Below the pieces are notes generated by a model. That model saw only the letters and a program-made list of their open reading frames with translations. It made no database searches and had not been told where the DNA came from. From Histomonas meleagridis 2922-C6/04-290x (lineage: Eukaryota > Protista > Parabasalia): DNA of 64,000 nucleotides. This document shows, piece by piece, positions 1 through 10,958 of the stretch (position 1 is its first letter; the number at the start of each line of letters is the position of its first letter). Made by a program: the position numbers and the translations under genes. The stretch spans positions 310,001 to 374,000 of the forward strand of contig JAANOX010000238.1 in the NCBI GenBank assembly GCA_020184695.1. Direction: 5' to 3'.

Positions 1-144
1 TAATGTTTGATTATTTTTTGTTTGCTTTTCTGTGCAATTTAAAAAAATTTTTACTCTAAAAGATATTCGTACATAAAAAACTTAATAGCAGTTTACTAAA
101 AGTATCACTTTATTAAAATTATATAATTTCGATAAATTTATCAA

Positions 145-1593
145 TTATTTAAAGTCAAAATCAGTGATTTTCTCGTTTTTTCTGTCTAATAATTTTGGTG
201 CGCATACTTTCAGCAAGTCCTTTTTCATCGGCACGTACACAACTCCCGGTTTCATGTTCGCTTTATACCTTTTAGCTCTTTTTATTTTGTCACTATATTT
301 TTTCTGTGAAATTTTCTGATGATTACGTAAATCAGAAACATCAATTTTACACATTTCATGTATACACTCTATTCTAATTTCATGTTCTTCTCTCATTAAT
401 ATCTTTTTAATACGAAGTTTTTCTTTAACATTTTGATTATCACATCGACTTTCAGCTTCGAGCTCAAGTAATTGATCTTCATATTGCTCATTAAGAATCT
501 CAATTAAAAGGTTTTCTTTCTCTTTTGATGCAGTTATTCGATTTTCATATTTCAAAAATGAATCTCGAGATTTCTGTTGAAGTTGCTTGATATCATTAAC
601 GTTAGCAGAACGTTTGGCTTCACTTTCGATATCAAGCCCATCTATAAGCTCAGTAAGATATGAGGCTTCATCAGCCCATAATTCACTGATGCATTTGTCG
701 CGCAACTTTTTGAATACTTTATACGCCCGTTTCGGATCTTTGACGTTGGAGAGGTCGCCAGTGAGGACAGTGTTATAAATCTCTCTGTCGGAATGACGAA
801 CAATCTTCCCAAGATTACCAAAGAGTTCTTTGGGTTCTTCTTCGCTTTCTTCATCGGAGTATACAATTTTAGCTTTCGGATCGGGTTTTCGATTTTTGAG
901 CATAAGAGCTTCAGACATGCGGGAAATGTTGGAAGAAGCTTCCCCAAGTTTCATCCCATCACTTCCACACCTTCGATGATGATGAGAGATATTAAGAGAG
1001 AAACGAGTGTTCTTTCTTGTATTATTACGAGCAGTGCCGTTGTCGTATGTGTTGTATGGAAATGATTTTAAAGGCTTTTTTTGGTTTAAAAGTTGTATTT
1101 GTCGGAATGAGGATTGAGTATGTGCACGTGTAAGTTTGATAAGATCATCTGGTGGCTCATATCCCATCTCTTTCCATCTTTGAAGATTCTTTGTTCTTAA
1201 TTCTTTAACGATTTGTACTTGAGGATCATTATCTTCTTCCTCTTCTTCTTGTTTGGTTAATTCTTTGGGAGTTTTTTCAGATGGTACAGTCCTAGTAGGC
1301 CGAGCATCTGAATATGGTTTTCCACCTTTTAAAACCATATTCCCATCAATAGAGGTAAATGAAGGTTGACGAAATGTGAGTCCAATAGGTTTATCACCAT
1401 CACCTCCTTCATCAAAAACTATAATGGGGTCATCTTTATCTTGCTTTAAATTTTTATTTGCTTGAGATTTTTCATGATTTTGCATCTCAATTTTTGGTGC
1501 TATTGAATTTTTGAAGTGAACATCTAAAATTGTCTCTTGCTGGGAAGGGTGCTGAGCAAGTAATGCTGCAAGAGGTCCTGCTTCTTCACTCAT
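145..1593 (-). CDS. Hypothetical protein, low-complexity N-terminus and C-terminal coiled coil
   Basis: ~482-codon ORF. The ORF-track start at 1599 is TTG; first ATG is at 1593 (MSEE). E/K-rich heptad-like C-terminus. No family motif recognised. Confidence 0.75.
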   Translation of the reverse strand: MSEEAGPLAALLAQHPSQQETILDVHFKNSIAPKIEMQNHEKSQANKNLKQDKDDPIIVFDEGGDGDKPIGLTFRQPSFTSIDGNMVLKGGKPYSDARPTRTVPSEKTPKELTKQEEEEEDNDPQVQIVKELRTKNLQRWKEMGYEPPDDLIKLTRAHTQSSFRQIQLLNQKKPLKSFPYNTYDNGTARNNTRKNTRFSLNISHHHRRCGSDGMKLGEASSNISRMSEALMLKNRKPDPKAKIVYSDEESEEEPKELFGNLGKIVRHSDREIYNTVLTGDLSNVKDPKRAYKVFKKLRDKCISELWADEASYLTELIDGLDIESEAKRSANVNDIKQLQQKSRDSFLKYENRITASKEKENLLIEILNEQYEDQLLELEAESRCDNQNVKEKLRIKKILMREEHEIRIECIHEMCKIDVSDLRNHQKISQKKYSDKIKRAKRYKANMKPGVVYVPMKKDLLKVCAPKLLDRKNEKITDFDFK

Positions 1594-2080
1594 TTCCAAT
1601 TTTAAAGTACGAAAAACCGTCGATGTTCACAAATATTTTATTCAAAAGCTTACAAAAAGTAGCATCGAAAGTGACAAAGCCGATGCAGATTCTGCACTTC
1701 GAGTTTTCGGTTTGTCACTCGGTTGTGAGCTTTACTCATACAATACTTCTATGAAATTTTATCGGCATATAAATTGAGTATGTTTGTTTGGGAGATCAGC
1801 GGTTTTCAGAATCAAACTGTAAAAAACTGGATTAATAATATTGCATATTATAAATAATTATTGAATACAACAAGTCATAAAAAAATAATTTCATGAAAAA
1901 ATCATCATAGTCTTCGTTATAAATATAACTTTCAACACTATTTTAAGAAATTACTTCGGGGATACTTTTCCCACATTAAAAATAAATCCATTAAATTCAA
2001 ACATAAAATTCTTTATTCGTATTATAAATTCCTCAAAGAGCTTCAAACGATTCCCAAAATTCTATCGTAAAATATAATTT

Positions 2081-4300
2081 TTATCTATTTCTCATTGTAT
2101 AAGAAGCCGATGCTCCTGTCAAATCGCCTGATTTTCTCACTCTCAATTGCGCCGCATGTGAGGAAGACTCTGCGTCATTATCCTTTTCTATTGATCCGGA
2201 ATCCGCGTCAGCGTTTCTACATATTTCCAACAGTTTCCTTTGTTCCTCTTTTGTGCTGAACATTAACTTTTCGTCCGTTGGCCATTTGTTCTCAGGGTCT
2301 TGCACCACTTTAAATGAGTAACCTTGGTCGACCAAGAACTGCTGTCTCTTTCTGGAGAAATACATTTCTTTTGTGTCCTCGCTGATCAACGTATAAAAGA
2401 ATGCGTTATATTCATCAGCTCTTCCAGTCTTAGGCCTTAAAATGCGCCCCAATCGTTGAGCCTCTTGCATTCTCGAACCGAAATGAGAACAAATTTGTAT
2501 TAAAACATTAGCAGATGGTAAATCGATAGCCTTATCACCGATTCTACTAATGAAGATACAGTTATATTTATTAGAAGTCTTAAATGCATTAAATATCTTT
2601 TCTCGTTCATCGTTTTTAGTTTCGCCACATAACATCGCACGATGAATATTCGGGTTTTGTTTAGACGTCTTTAAATTATCATGATAAATACCTAAAACAA
2701 ATAATATATCAGCAAAAACTAATATTTTGTCGCCACGTTTTTCATGATATCGAATTAAGCGTTCGACTGTTTGGAACTTGTTCGGATTTAATGAAGAATA
2801 TATTCGCCGTAAATTCATGTCATTACAATGCATATATTCGCGATAGAATTCGCCGGTCATTTTGTTCCAGATTTCGAAACATTGGACTCGTGCAATGTAT
2901 CCTTGTTCTGCTAAATCAATCCAATTCGCTTCATAAAGTCGTGGCCCAATTAAATAATTCAAATTTTTGATCTTTTCATCTTCACGAATTAATGTCGCTG
3001 TTAGTCCTAACTTAGAATGTGCTTTGATCATATCAAATACTTTTACAAATGTTTCTGCAACGACTCCTTGAATCTCATCAATTATCATTAAGCCCCATTC
3101 TAACGCACAGATTTGCGCAATTATATCTTCCGATTCTTTGTTCTTCCCTGCAGATGTAAAGATGGAATATGTAGTAATCAATATAATAGGCTTATCATTA
3201 GGTATTGGCGTCTTGTTACCTGATGTGAATCGATATATTAATGATTCATCAACAGTGGTCCAACTAATGAATTGATTCCGCCATTGATCAACAGGAACAT
3301 TAGAATCACAAAAAACTATCGTAGACTTCTTGATAGTACATGCTGCAGAGATACCAACAAGTGTTTTACCGGCACCACATGGTAAGACAATGATTCCACT
3401 TTTGGCACGTCCACCACCAAATATTTTATTAAGAGCTTTCTCTTGGTATGGACGAATGGCTGAGACTGTCTTTAGATCAATTAACAGATTCGGACTGGGA
3501 TCATTATGAAAATCATATTCATCGGAAAATGGAAGTTGTAAATCAAACAAAATTAACTTACGAACTTTTTGAATCACATTTGATCGTACTTCAAATCGGC
3601 GATTAATTTGATCATCTGTAGGAATTGTGGATTGATTCGTGTCGCCACCAAGACCACTAAGCATTCGAGAGGTGGAGCTATAATCAGCAGAATTACCAAC
3701 ACCAGCAATATCAACTGATGTGGTTTCATCATCTGGTAAAATAAACCCTGTATCTGGATCAACAGTATCAAGTGGATCTGGATCTTCAACTCGAAGCGGA
3801 CCAACCGCTTTGGCAACATCTCGAAGAAGTGATAATTTGGGAGATTGGATAAAATATCGATTATTATGAAGAATAAGTTTGAGCATACCAATGTTATTGA
3901 CTGTGTCAGATACAAGCTTTTTAAATTCTTCAGTAAGTTCACACTTACTAAGAATGGAAAGATAATATAAAATGTCCTCGGTTTTAAGACCAATGGAATA
4001 AGCTGCATAAAGTGAATACATTGTGATTTGATACTCTTGAATATACTTCGGACGAGAAATAGGTTCTGCTATAGCAATCATGAAATCATAGGCTTTCTTG
4101 TAATACGGTGAAAATGTTTCTAAAAAAATATGACCGTCTGGTGCAACATAAATTGGACGATTGGCATGATCGGGATTTAAGACAAGATCCGGAAAACTTC
4201 TTGTAATAGCTTCACGTGGTGACATTGCACCTGTGAATTTTTCGTCTGAATTTGGTTGTTCTTTCTTTTTTGTTCTTGACTGTTTCCGATCCTTGCCCAT
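2081..4300 (-). CDS. XPB: TFIIH XPB (ERCC3/RAD25/SSL2) DNA helicase
   Basis: 739 aa. N-terminal EPISRP..IQEYQIT.YSLYAA.SIGL, Walker A region GIIVLPCGAGKTLVG, DEIQ motif II, LGLTATLIRED motif III, and QEAQRLGRILRPK motif VI. Confidence 0.97.
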   Translation of the reverse strand: MGKDRKQSRTKKKEQPNSDEKFTGAMSPREAITRSFPDLVLNPDHANRPIYVAPDGHIFLETFSPYYKKAYDFMIAIAEPISRPKYIQEYQITMYSLYAAYSIGLKTEDILYYLSILSKCELTEEFKKLVSDTVNNIGMLKLILHNNRYFIQSPKLSLLRDVAKAVGPLRVEDPDPLDTVDPDTGFILPDDETTSVDIAGVGNSADYSSTSRMLSGLGGDTNQSTIPTDDQINRRFEVRSNVIQKVRKLILFDLQLPFSDEYDFHNDPSPNLLIDLKTVSAIRPYQEKALNKIFGGGRAKSGIIVLPCGAGKTLVGISAACTIKKSTIVFCDSNVPVDQWRNQFISWTTVDESLIYRFTSGNKTPIPNDKPIILITTYSIFTSAGKNKESEDIIAQICALEWGLMIIDEIQGVVAETFVKVFDMIKAHSKLGLTATLIREDEKIKNLNYLIGPRLYEANWIDLAEQGYIARVQCFEIWNKMTGEFYREYMHCNDMNLRRIYSSLNPNKFQTVERLIRYHEKRGDKILVFADILFVLGIYHDNLKTSKQNPNIHRAMLCGETKNDEREKIFNAFKTSNKYNCIFISRIGDKAIDLPSANVLIQICSHFGSRMQEAQRLGRILRPKTGRADEYNAFFYTLISEDTKEMYFSRKRQQFLVDQGYSFKVVQDPENKWPTDEKLMFSTKEEQRKLLEICRNADADSGSIEKDNDAESSSHAAQLRVRKSGDLTGASASYTMRNR

Positions 4301-4854
4301 GAATATGAGACATGTTATATGAAAAATGATTTTGGGTGTTGTTGAATCGAAAAGAAAATGAAATTACAACAATAAAAAGTCCTTATATTAAAAACGCCAA
4401 AAGTTTTGAGTATTTTAATTTTAGATAAAATGTAGATTTAAGCTTATAAGTTATTGTCAATAGATTCACGAAAAATTAACTATTCTTTAATTAAAAATAA
4501 GTTTTGTCAATACTAAATGAGTTAAATCTATTTAACAAAAAATTTGTTGTTTTCCTTATTTTTGTATCGTATAAATTACTAACTACATTATTATTCATCA
4601 GTGATTATTATCATACTATGTTTTATGATCTAAATGTACCAATTAAATTTCGTCAAATAATTGCATAGGAAAACTTTATATGTTGAAAACTTTTATCAAA
4701 CAGAACAAGAATTTTATAAATTTGCTCATAATAATGATCATGGAACAGAAGTTTCAGGAATTCTTGCAGGCAAAGCTTTAATCCCTAATAGTAAAATATC
4801 TTCATATAATGGTATAGCACCAGATGCTAAACTTATGTATTTGGTCATCATTTA

Positions 4855-6123
4855 TAGGGTGCGTGGAAAGTTCGTATAAAAATAATATGTGATAAAGATA
4901 TAAATAAAATTTATATTAATATAGTATTTGTACATGTAGTATTTTTTTTCTCTATGAATTTTGTTTTGTTATCTTAAACACATGAAAAGTTATTTTTAAT
5001 TATGTACGTTAAAAATGGAGGTTTGACATTTTTTTATGGAGGAACAAAGAGTAATTATAAAGTTCTTCACAAAAGGGAAGAACGCACAAGAAATGCAAGA
5101 GATATTAGAAAAACATTATGGGGAAGAAGCATACAAACTTCCCACAATATACAAATGGATGCAAAGATTTCGTACACTTTCATGTAGAAGATGAAGAAAG
5201 GTCAGGAAGACCATACGATGATCAAATTGTAAATTCTATTCAAAAATTATTAGAAGAAGATCCTTTATGTTTCGCTCGTTCAATAGCACGACAACTAAAT
5301 GTATCAGATTGGTTGGTTAGGGATCGATTGAGAAACAATTTGGGATATAGAAACCTAAGATCAAAACTGGTGCCGCATTTTTTAACACCAGACCAAAAAA
5401 GTGCCAGAGTAAGATATGCAAAATCGATGCTAAAAGAACTTGAAAAGCATATTGAAACAAATTTTAAATATGTTCTTACAGGAGACGAGTCCTGGTTTTA
5501 TTTTTATTATGACGCCAGAACTCAATGGGTTATTGAACCTGAAGAATTAATACAAAGAGAATCTCCAAGCCATTTTAAGAGAAAAATCATGATTACTTTA
5601 TTTTCTCTCTGGAGAAGGAGTCAAACTAATCATATTTAAGGATGACAAGGAATCTATTAATGCTGACTACTTTATTAACAATATACTGAGTCAACTTAGA
5701 AATACATGTGAGCAAGAAAAGCCTCCCAACGGTCTAAAATGGGTTGTGCATTATAATAATGCAAGACCTCATACTGCTAAAAAAGTGAGAGAGTTCTTAT
5801 TAACTACAAACTTTTTAAAACTCGATCATCCAGCCTATTTGCCCGATCTTGACCCTTGCGACTTTGGGATCTTTGGTACAGTTAAAGGACGAATGGTAGG
5901 GATCGAGTGTTCAGAAGTTAACGATCTTAAAATTGAGATAATGAAAATTTTGAATCAATTCACGCAATACGAAATAAATTCAATATATTACTCTTGGATA
6001 AGAAAATTGAAACAATGTATTCATATGAATGGAGAGTATATTGAGTAAAGAAATTATATATTTAATTGATTTTTGAAAACATCTAAAATCGGAAAAAATT
6101 ATACTAACTTTCCACGCACCCTA
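4855..6123 (+). mobile_element. Tc1/mariner DNA transposon, ~1269 bp, decayed
   Basis: TIRs TAGGGTGCGTGGAAAGTT(C/A)GTATA at 4855-4878 and 6100-6123 (24 bp, 1 mismatch). TA target duplication at 4853-4854 and 6124-6125. Internal transposase. Confidence 0.95.
5036..6048 (+). pseudogene. Mariner (D,D34D-type) transposase pseudogene
   Basis: MEEQRVIIKF...IYKWMQRF / VEDEERSGRP / LTGDESWF / HYNNARPH / YLPDLDPCDF. Two frameshifts (~5180 and ~5610). The second catalytic Asp (HxDNARPH) reads Asn. Confidence 0.92.
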
Positions 6124-7129
6124 TATCACAATATAATCGACTTTTTGAGAACATAGATCTTTTTTTATCTACTCTTTCATTAGAAAATCCTCATATGTTT
6201 ACCTGTTGAATCAACAATGGATTATAATATACTTGATGATAATGTTGTTTATAATCCTTAAGTAGGAGAAAATTGTTTAGTTTTATTATGGAGAAATATT
6301 TTACAATTCGAAATCTTGGAAAAGCAAAAAACGTACTTACAATAGGTGGAGCATCAAAAGTTTTTGATTATCGTTATCTTGAAATATATGTTATTGATGG
6401 TGAAGAAATATTTCAAATGTATTTCAAAGATGAACAACCAAATGGATATGTATGAATTTTATTTATCAGGAATCACTGATTTACAGCAACCAAATGGAAC
6501 AAAGAAATTATATTATCTTAATTCTTCTACAATTCCTATACTATTATATTGAACAGGAAAAACATTATCAAACTTTTGTATTTGTTACTGATTTCCCTAT
6601 AGAATCTTATCCTAATATTAAAGAAAATTTTAATTTGAAGTGAATTCAATATTTTGTTTTATCAAATGATTCTAAAATCTCAATAAAAGTCGAAAAAAAT
6701 CCTAAAATTTATTCCAGACTGATCCATTTCTTGTTTTCCTCATATATGAGATTAAGAAAATGGATACAGCTTAATGTTATACGTGCTGCACACAGCATCA
6801 TTATTTTATGTTCTTTTTTGAAAATCCTATTTTCCTTCATGAATGCTTCAAAAAGTGGATCCACTTTAACAATGAAGTAAATAAATAAACCTTACAATTT
6901 AGAATAACAAACCATTTAAATTTTCTCCATAAAAAGTGCCAATGCGCTTAATAATTTTTCCAAAATCAGTTATCTTGTGTCTGATCACTGTTTTTATGAA
7001 CTCGCTTTTGTGCAACCTAACAAAGTTAACCCTTTATTAATAGCATTAATGAATTTACATATAGAATCATGGTTTCTTGCTTTCATTCTGATACACCAAA
7101 AGATGCATATTTCGTTTTTGACGAAAAAC

Positions 7130-7455
7130 ACATTATTTTATATTTATTTTAATAATTTTGGATTTCAAAATAATATTTGGAAATTATTTAAATTAGTTAG
7201 AACAGCATATATGAAAGCAGTTCTCAATTGTAAAATAGAAATGGTAAAATTACTTCTTGAGAAAGAAAAAATTGATATTAATGATAAAAATATTCATTTA
7301 TTCATTTTAATTTTTGATTTCTTAATTTAAAATTTAAAAATAATATTTGGAAATTAATTAACATACTTGGAACAGCACTTATGAAAACCAACCAGAGGAA
7401 ACAAAAAGAAATAGTTAACATGCTTGAAACTAGTTGTGCTTGCACAGGGATGTAA
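7130..7455 (+). pseudogene. Orphan ankyrin fragment: two modules with the 68-nt insert
   Basis: ACAGCA module starts at 7202 and 7372 (170-nt period). TAYMKAVLNCKIEMVKLLLEKEKIDINDKNIH, then an insert with stops, then TALMK. Confidence 0.7.
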
Positions 7456-7709
7456 TAATGGTAAAATTATATTTCTGTAAAAGTTTTTAACATTAAAACA
7501 TTTGTTTGATGTTTATTACTTTTATTTACATCAATAAAAGATTAAACGAATCACTTGACAATTAATCGTTCAATTATTTAAAAAGTTAAAATTGAAAGAA
7601 AAATGATCGAAAATAACCCAATTTCAAATTCGGTTAAATTTTGAATAAGTTTGTTTGGTGAACACTTAAAAATGACAACAAAAGTGGCATCTAAATAGCC
7701 TGCGACTTA

Positions 7710-8150
7710 ATGAACGCTGCAATCCAACGCGAACTCATTCAATACAGTGAAGATGATGATTTGAAGTTCACAATTGATCCAATCGAAGATGACATTAGCA
7801 ACCTTCGTGTTACACTCAGTCCACCAGAAGGAACACCATATGAAGATGGAATTTTCTTCTTGATCATGACAATTCCACCACAATACCCATCAGCACCACC
7901 ACAAATCAGGTTCGAAACCAAGATTTATCATCCAAACATCAATGAAGACGGAAAAATTTGCCTTGATCAATTAAAGAGCGAATGGAAATCCAACTATACA
8001 TTGAAGCACGCTATCGAGTTTATCTATTGCTTACTTAAAGAACCAAATTGGGAAACTCCACTTGTCGCATCAATTGGTTCTCAATATCAAAATGATCCAA
8101 AGGAATTTGAAAAAACAGCACGCGAATGGACATCCAGATATGCAACATAA
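7710..8150 (+). CDS. Ubiquitin-conjugating enzyme E2 (Ubc4/5-like fold)
   Basis: 146 aa: GTPYEDGIF, YPSAPPQIRFETKIYHPNINEDGKICLD (HPN motif and active Cys), W.S.YTL, LL.EPN..TPL. Confidence 0.95.
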   Translation: MNAAIQRELIQYSEDDDLKFTIDPIEDDISNLRVTLSPPEGTPYEDGIFFLIMTIPPQYPSAPPQIRFETKIYHPNINEDGKICLDQLKSEWKSNYTLKHAIEFIYCLLKEPNWETPLVASIGSQYQNDPKEFEKTAREWTSRYAT

Positions 8151-8443
8151 AAAATGCAATCTTATACCAACAATATTTTTTTGAATGAGTTGTTTCCAAG
8201 CCTTTTTAGATTTCTGATGTTTACATAATATAATTGATTATTATCAGAACCGATAGGTTTACACCGTTATTCAATATTTGGATTAAAATTGCTGTTTGAC
8301 TATACTTTGTAAGTTTTATTTTGACTGAAAAAGCAACCTATCGTTTTGGTCATGTGATCGTTTTACTGCAGAGAACGTTTTTTAATTCAATCATTTACTT
8401 TTCCGGCCAATAAAACTGATTTTTGAGAGTATCGTTACATATA

Positions 8444-9478
8444 ATGAAGCTGAGTTTTGCTGAAGCAGTTACGGCAAAAAGCTTTTCAGATTCAGTGGTC
8501 ATCAGCAATCAAAGGTTTAACTCGATGATGCAGATTATTTCTAAACTATCTCCTTTTGTAATATTTCCATCTGTTTGGTCAATATTTCTTCATCTCTTCT
8601 ATATTTGTCTTCAATTTATGATATTTAAAACAACATATATGTTATCTCAAATTCCAAGTTATAACTTAGTTTTATTCAATTCTATATTTGTGATAATCAA
8701 ACAGCTCATTACAGATTGTTCAATATTACAATTAAAAGATCAAAAAGAAATTCAACCAATTATTGCCATTCTTGACACCTTCTCCATTGGTATTACTACC
8801 ATCCTTGAATTATTAAAAATTTCACAAATTTTCCAATTCAGCAGACCAATATATAGTTATTTCGTTATTATAATTCCCTGCATTTGCCAGTGGATTGTAT
8901 TTTGGTCTAACTATATTTCCCGTAAATTTAAATTTTCTTCCTCTATACAAATTTACTTTATATCTCTTATCCTTCCAATTTTTATGATATATCAAAAGAA
9001 TTACGATGCTATACTTTTTCCAATTATAGTGTATTTTAACTACTCTCTCTTCATATCAATTAATCAAGTAGATACACTCCTTCGCCGGAGTGCAACAGCA
9101 CGAAAGCGAGCTTTCCAATCGATTGTCCCCGGGCTTGTGACGATCCTTCTTCTCTGTCCCACACTTTTCATACGAAGTGCCGAATTTACATTTGACCATA
9201 TTTTCTTCAAATCATGCGGAGCACTTCTCCTTCTCTATGTCATACTAAAATTGTTGCTCATTCAGATATTCGATAAACCTGTTAAGGATATCTATTCATT
9301 ATCTTTAATGGTTTTCTGGTCGATGTGCGTCATCTCCAATTTCCCTGAAAACCCAAACATGATGTTCTACTACTGGTTAATACTGTCAGTATTAGTAACA
9401 GTATTCTTGTGTTTAGACGTTTATGTCAATGTGTACAAATTGTGCAAAGGATTGAAAGTGTCCTTATACACAAAATAA
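8444..9478 (+). CDS. Multi-pass membrane protein, possibly a divergent CEPT/EPT-type CDP-alcohol phosphotransferase homolog
   Basis: ~344 aa with about 9-10 hydrophobic segments. The spacing Q-x8-Q-x8-P-x5-D matches the CEPT signature region, but the DG/AR/D residues are absent. First ATG at 8444. Confidence 0.55.
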   Translation: MKLSFAEAVTAKSFSDSVVISNQRFNSMMQIISKLSPFVIFPSVWSIFLHLFYICLQFMIFKTTYMLSQIPSYNLVLFNSIFVIIKQLITDCSILQLKDQKEIQPIIAILDTFSIGITTILELLKISQIFQFSRPIYSYFVIIIPCICQWIVFWSNYISRKFKFSSSIQIYFISLILPIFMIYQKNYDAILFPIIVYFNYSLFISINQVDTLLRRSATARKRAFQSIVPGLVTILLLCPTLFIRSAEFTFDHIFFKSCGALLLLYVILKLLLIQIFDKPVKDIYSLSLMVFWSMCVISNFPENPNMMFYYWLILSVLVTVFLCLDVYVNVYKLCKGLKVSLYTK

Positions 9479-9813
9479 ACTATATAAATAAAATTATAGT
9501 TGAATAATTTTTGGAAGAGTTCATATTATTCATAATCGTTTTCATAATTTAGAACAAAGGAAATAATATATTTAATATGACCATTTAAACATGCAAAAAG
9601 TTTAAGTAATTTCACTAAGTCTGCTTGTTCATTTTTGAGAATGAAAATATTTTGAAACATCGCAATAAATAAGCAAAATTTACTATAAATGCATTTCACC
9701 CATTCGAATGGTTATGCATGCAATATTTTAAATTAATTGTTTTCCATTACACATCTTAATGTTAAATTCCTAAGCTGCATTTTTCATAACGTTAAAAAAC
9801 CGTCTTACGATGC

Positions 9814-9847
9814 ATACCACTTTCTTCAACGTTGAGGAAAGTGGTAT
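9814..9847. repeat. 34-bp near-perfect palindrome
   Basis: ATACCACTTTCTTCAACGTTGAGGAAAGTGGTAT; self-complementary except one T.G pair. Confidence 0.95.
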
Positions 9848-10010
9848 TTTTTTACAACCACTTTTTATAAAACAATCAAAACTTCTTGGTTTTCAAAACA
9901 GTGATTTGTTCTTTGGATGGGCAAATGAAAACCTTTTTATCGACTAGTTATTTCCTCATTTTAGAGAAATTAATTAATGGTAATATTTTTTGATATGAGT
10001 TTATAGCTTA

Positions 10011-10030
10011 TAACTTTACTAGTAAAGTTA
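10011..10030. repeat. 20-bp perfect palindrome
   Basis: TAACTTTACTAGTAAAGTTA equals its reverse complement. Confidence 0.95.
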
Positions 10031-10308
10031 CCTGAAGCAAAATAATCATTTCAAATATTATTTTACAACCACGCGCTTTTTCAGAGTTTTGAACGCTTTT
10101 TTGAGTGAATTAAATAAAAAACATCAATATTTTAATAAATACCATTTCTTAAGCAAATTTATTATCTAATAATATCTAATTATTGATATTCATAATTATT
10201 CTACCAAGAAATTATCTTAAATTTATTCATATCAATGTGAATTTTTATTTTATCATTTTGAAAAAACAAAACTGACACCCAACATAAAAAGTGATATCAA
10301 TTTCAAAA

Positions 10309-10878
10309 ATGGAATATCGCAGCGATAGTCACGCAAACACAGATAACAATGATAAGAAAAAGAGGAAAACATTTTCTTATGAAGAAGACCAAAAGCTCAT
10401 GAAACTTATAGAAAAATATGGAATAAAAAGTTGGAAATTTATATCATCGAAAATGAATTCAAGAAGTGCAAGACAGTGTAGGGAAAGATGGAAATTTTAT
10501 TTGTCCCCAAATGTGAATCATTCGCCATGGACGCCTGAAGAAGATCATATATTATTTGAAAAATATAATATGCTTGGTCCGAAATGGTCAATCATCTCCA
10601 AGTGTTTCCAAAACAGGTCTCTTAATAATGTCAAGAATAGATGGAATTCGATTATGCGTAAAACAAAAGTATTAAATCTGGATGTGAACTCAGAAGAAGA
10701 TTTTTACTATTGTGGTCGATTAGTAACAAAAGGTTCTCCTGGGTTCATCATGAAAATTAATAAGATGGATAAAGAAATGTTGATCGAGCAAAAAACTGAT
10801 GAGCAAATTGGTCCTCAATTCGACCCTTTGTATTTTTTCCAGATCAATAACCTATTAAACCAGCCTAATACTGTGTAA
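10309..10878 (+). CDS. R2R3 Myb transcription factor
   Basis: FSYEEDQKL...W..IS..M..RSARQCRERWKFYL.P.VNHSPWTPEED..L...Y...GPKW..I...F.NRS.NNVKNRWN. First ATG at 10309. Confidence 0.93.
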   Translation: MEYRSDSHANTDNNDKKKRKTFSYEEDQKLMKLIEKYGIKSWKFISSKMNSRSARQCRERWKFYLSPNVNHSPWTPEEDHILFEKYNMLGPKWSIISKCFQNRSLNNVKNRWNSIMRKTKVLNLDVNSEEDFYYCGRLVTKGSPGFIMKINKMDKEMLIEQKTDEQIGPQFDPLYFFQINNLLNQPNTV

Positions 10879-10958
10879 TTTAATGAGTTTTGAGCTTAAT
10901 AACTTTGGTTAGATTGTGAATTTCAAATTATTTAGTTTTTTTGGTTTTCAATATAAGG

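Larger units (their letters stand above)
4661..6643 (+). pseudogene. Subtilisin-like (S8) peptidase relic, split by a mariner element
   Basis: Left of the insertion: HGTEVSGILAG (catalytic-His motif HGTxVxGIxAG) and NGIAPDAKL. Right of it: NLGKAKNVLTIGGA (AKNVLTVGA motif) among stops and frameshifts. Confidence 0.7.

Noticed and set aside
587-4008. Small ORFs overlapping the first two genes (and similar ones inside the kinase, BEACH, WD40 and importin genes)
   Set aside because: Alternative-frame or antisense shadows of well-supported CDSs, with no independent motifs.
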